From assembly GCA_002633005.1 (NCBI GenBank), contig NMRA01000249.1, positions 539,117 to 603,116 of the forward strand: a stretch of DNA of 64,000 bases, given 5' to 3'. The stretch comes from Phoronis australis (taxonomy: Eukaryota > Animalia > Phoronida). Positions 50,601-64,000 of this stretch are shown one piece after another. Below the pieces are notes generated by a model. That model saw nothing but the letters and a program-made list of their open reading frames with translations, was not told where the DNA came from and searched no databases. The position numbers and the translations under genes are program-made. Position 1 is the stretch's first letter. Each line of letters begins with the position of its first letter.

Positions 50601-50707
50601 TTGTTTTACACGGAGGGGGGAAACCCCCCTCTCGGCGCTTCCCGCCTAGGATTCGACCTTTGCGGGAATCCTAAACCCCCCTTACTGAAAACGCAGATCC
50701 GCCACTG
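47675..50707. mobile_element. Segment bounded by hAT-like inverted termini CAGTGGCGGATCT(A/G)CG
   Basis: 15/16 inverted match between 47675 and 50707; no TSD seen, so it may be two independent MITE ends. Confidence 0.4.
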
Positions 50708-52001
50708 CATTGTCATCTCCTCTGTTTTCATCCAACCTTCCCAGATGAAAACTTGAATGAAGAGGACCTTCAGTACTTGAGTGAGCATGGTGTACTGTGT
50801 GATTTATGTTGAATTATTCAACAGTTCTTTTAAGAACCATTTCACGCTATAGCTACAACCAACGGCCCTTTTAAGGGCCACTCAACACTTCCTAGAAGAA
50901 TTGCTCACTTGAGAATGTTGATATATAAACACGCTTTCGTAGTTTTCTCAGTTGGCCTATGTGAACCATAAATCAAAAACTGTCCGATAACTATGTTGCT
51001 ATTGGGCAAGCAGACGACATAATCAGTCGGCACCGAAGTTTGAATTTTGTAATTAAGTACCAGTAGCATTACCAAAAGTACTCATAATACCAACACTTCT
51101 ACTATTGAAAGACTTTGAAAAGCGTTTCGATGCCGAAATTAATATTTTTTCGTTGTTTTGGACAGTAAAGTAGATGCAAGTATTTCTCGTCAAAATACAC
51201 TGACCGGAAACTGCAGCAGATAGGTCAGGAGAGTTCAACTCAGCACGTAAGGATATGCCGGAGTTGCGAATCTGTTGTCTATAATCTATGCTGGCAGACA
51301 GTCTTATTTGAGCGATAAAATGACACGTGATTGGTGAGAAGCGCCACCTGTTTGCCGTAAAGGTTTTGAATGAGCGGGTACCTTTTGCACGACCGATGGC
51401 TTTCAAAGTTTCAAAAGGACTACACTACATGTAATTGTTTACAATATGACGACCAGGCCATGACAAGCCCACTTGTTGAATATGGACTTTTGTAATTAAT
51501 GAACTTGCAGTTCTTTCCATGCCCAAAAATAACTACTATTACAGTGAAGAGAAAGTTTACTTTCAGCTTATATATGTTTTGGGCCTAGCCAGGGCAAATT
51601 TGCCCAGAAGGTTCTGTGGAAGAGGGCCCTGAATCGCGGCCCCTGACGAGTAAGTAGATTTGCAGTTTCACGGCTACTTCACCAAAATAATCACATCCAC
51701 ATTATTTCTTTTGCTCACTAGTATAGTCTTTTCGTAATTGAAAGTTTAGTTTCCCACTTTAGCTATGGTTTATGTTCGTGGTGTCTTCAACGGGCCTGAT
51801 CGGGTTCTGAGCCACTGGCCGGAAAAAAGTTTTGTGTTTAGAACTGGAAAAACTCACAAGTGTAAAATTACAACACACAGCCATGTTCTCCCGTCTGTTC
51901 AATGAAGAATAATTTGAATTTATCACCGAATAGACCCCAAACTCACGCAATCGACCTTGGTAAACTGGCGATCTTTAAAGGCTACGGTACCTTCGAATAC
52001 C

Positions 52002-52314
52002 CATAGGTGGATTTAGAGGGGACCCAGGGCCCCCCCTGGCTGCCGCAAGTAAAATGAAACAGCAACAGCATGAAGCATGAGAAAATATTTAGTTCAGTAA
52101 CAAGCAGATGAGAGGGGCTCACACTCTAGATTACGGCGGAATCGTGTTCCCGTTTTTTTTTTTATAGTCCACTGGCAGATTTTCTGAACAGAAGGTCCAC
52201 CCACAACCCTGACCCCCGCCACTTTTGGGCGCTTGTGCACATACACTCGCGCTTTGCCCCATTCCTCGAGGCAACATGTTGGCCCCCCCTCGTGGTATCC
52301 TAGATCAGCCACTG
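52002..52314. mobile_element. hAT-like MITE with 6-bp TSD
   Basis: CATAGGTGGATTTAG ... CTAGATCAGCCACTG flanked by AATACC at 51996-52001 and 52315-52320. Confidence 0.6.
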
Positions 52315-52687
52315 AATACCTATAAATCCGTAACAGCGAAATAAAACTACACGTTTGTCCAAGAACTTGATGTGTTTGTAATAAGAGTTTTACATTGACT
52401 TTTGATGATTTATTGGTGTAAAAAATTAATTCAAGCGATAAGCTGACACCAGTAAGCGTGTTGTGAACTGTTGAACAGACTGCATTCAAGCCTGTGATGT
52501 CATTGCTTAATTTCAAAACCTCCATCTGCTGTCAGGTAAAAGAACTGAACTTGCTGTTATCGAGTGGAACTGCTCGACCTAAACTCATACAAAATGTTGC
52601 TTTTTGAATGGCATTCTCCCTCAATATTATATAATTTTATATGTTCCTTTAGAATACTCAATTCCATTCTATAGCTTTAGTCATACC

Positions 52688-52994
52688 TATCAGGAAGAGA
52701 TAACCAGGAAGGGACAACTAGCTAAACCGCCGTTTTTGGCCTCCTTCCCCGGTCTAATTTCAGGACTTAAGTTTCGTTTAAAAGGAAACAGATGATTTTA
52801 TCAGAGAGATTAAAGCTTTTTCTACAGAAGGATATCAAGAAACTCACTTTGCAACCTTAAACAGTGGTGTAATTGTACTTTAAAAATATCGACTTCAGGG
52901 CACTCAATCGCAACTTNCCTAAAATTAGTCCGGGGAAAGAGGCCAAAAACGGCGGTTTAGCTAGTTGTCCCTTCCTGGTTATCTCTTCCTGATA
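52688..52994. mobile_element. MITE with ~75-bp near-perfect TIRs, TA-flanked
   Basis: tatcaggaagagataaccaggaagggacaactagctaaaccgccgtttttggcctc... with its reverse complement ending ...atctcttcctgata. Confidence 0.8.
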
Positions 52995-53165
52995 CCAGTG
53001 AAGTGCGCCAAATCAGATTGATGCAGGAATCAGTAACTGATTAGGGCGGCAGCCACCTGAACTAGCTGTATGAAGACTATTGTCAAAAAACATATATTTA
53101 GTACACGCCTTTGCCCCAAGGCCCACGCCAGGGCAAGGAGGGGTTGCCAAGACATGGCTCAAGTC

Positions 53166-53306
53166 GGCACTGGTCGGATAATGGATATAGCGGACCAAGA
53201 TGTAGAGAACCAGGCAATCAATGAATAACGTGCACGTTAGTCGTTAGTTCTTGGATGAAACTGATTCTCCAGTCTAACTCAAGGACCGCTATATCCGACC
53301 AGTGCC
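53166..53306. mobile_element. Small MITE with GGCACTGGTCGGATA TIRs
   Basis: ggcactggtcggata...tagcgg / ccgctatatccgaccagtgcc. Confidence 0.65.
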
Positions 53307-53661
53307 ACATAACAGTTTAAATCATTTCAATAGAAAAACTTCAAAAAAGCAGGACAGACAGTTGATAAAACTCAAATTTACCTCCAAAACTTGTCAGCGG
53401 ATCCGCGAGTCATTCATGACCGTCAGGGTCGCTTCTGTCGGCAAAAAATAAATTTCGATATTTGAAAACAAAGGGGTCCGCATATTAACATTCTTCATTT
53501 CTGTAATAGAAATATTTGTGATTATTAGGCCTAATATATTTCTCCAATACGTCTTCATTACAATTTTGTAGATATGGAAATAAATGTTTTTTTACGTTAA
53601 TTTCCATAATCGAATGTGAATGTCAGTGATTTCCTTTTCCGCCTTTGGTTTCCGGTAGTAA

Positions 53662-63736
<10,075 letters not shown>

Positions 63737-64000
63737 GTAAGTATTCAAATAAAAGTTGGGGATTACTCTGTCTATAATGGACAACCAAGTAGCTCAGCAA
63801 CAGCCCGTTTGTTACGACGAGCCAAAGCGTGTGCAGTCAGCCCGTATCGTCATTCTTGATAGAAAGAAAGTTTCAATGATGGCGAAGTTGCTCTGCTTCT
63901 ATCTGAATATTATGTACAGCAAAATGTCACCAATTTCACACAAGTGCCAAAATTGATGTTTTTCATATTTCAAAGTCTTGTAACATTATTGTGAGTCCCC

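Overview
AT-rich, intron-rich eukaryotic genomic DNA from an invertebrate animal (probably a mollusc or other lophotrochozoan; this is inference). It holds three spliced genes, all reconstructed by hand from GT-AG exons in phase. (1) The 3' part of a CCDC17-like gene (+, 24 coding exons, 487-22614, about 1,186 aa in the window), with a long C-terminal extension that appears to contain four C2-like domains in total. (2) A type I membrane receptor (-, 28789-47246): two C-type lectin domains, a Thr-rich mucin stalk, a TM helix and a very short tail. (3) The first three exons of SPT4/SUPT4H1 (+, from 53686), head-to-head with the lectin gene. Mobile DNA includes a full-length decayed Gypsy (CsRn1-like) LTR element with ~135-bp LTRs, two RNase H-bearing LINE fragments, a Penelope-like GIY-YIG fragment ending in a minimal hammerhead ribozyme, a Helentron-like element, several MITEs and foldbacks, tRNA-derived remnants, and an intronic tandem repeat carrying seven CTCF-like motifs. 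Duplications flanking N positions look like assembly artefacts.
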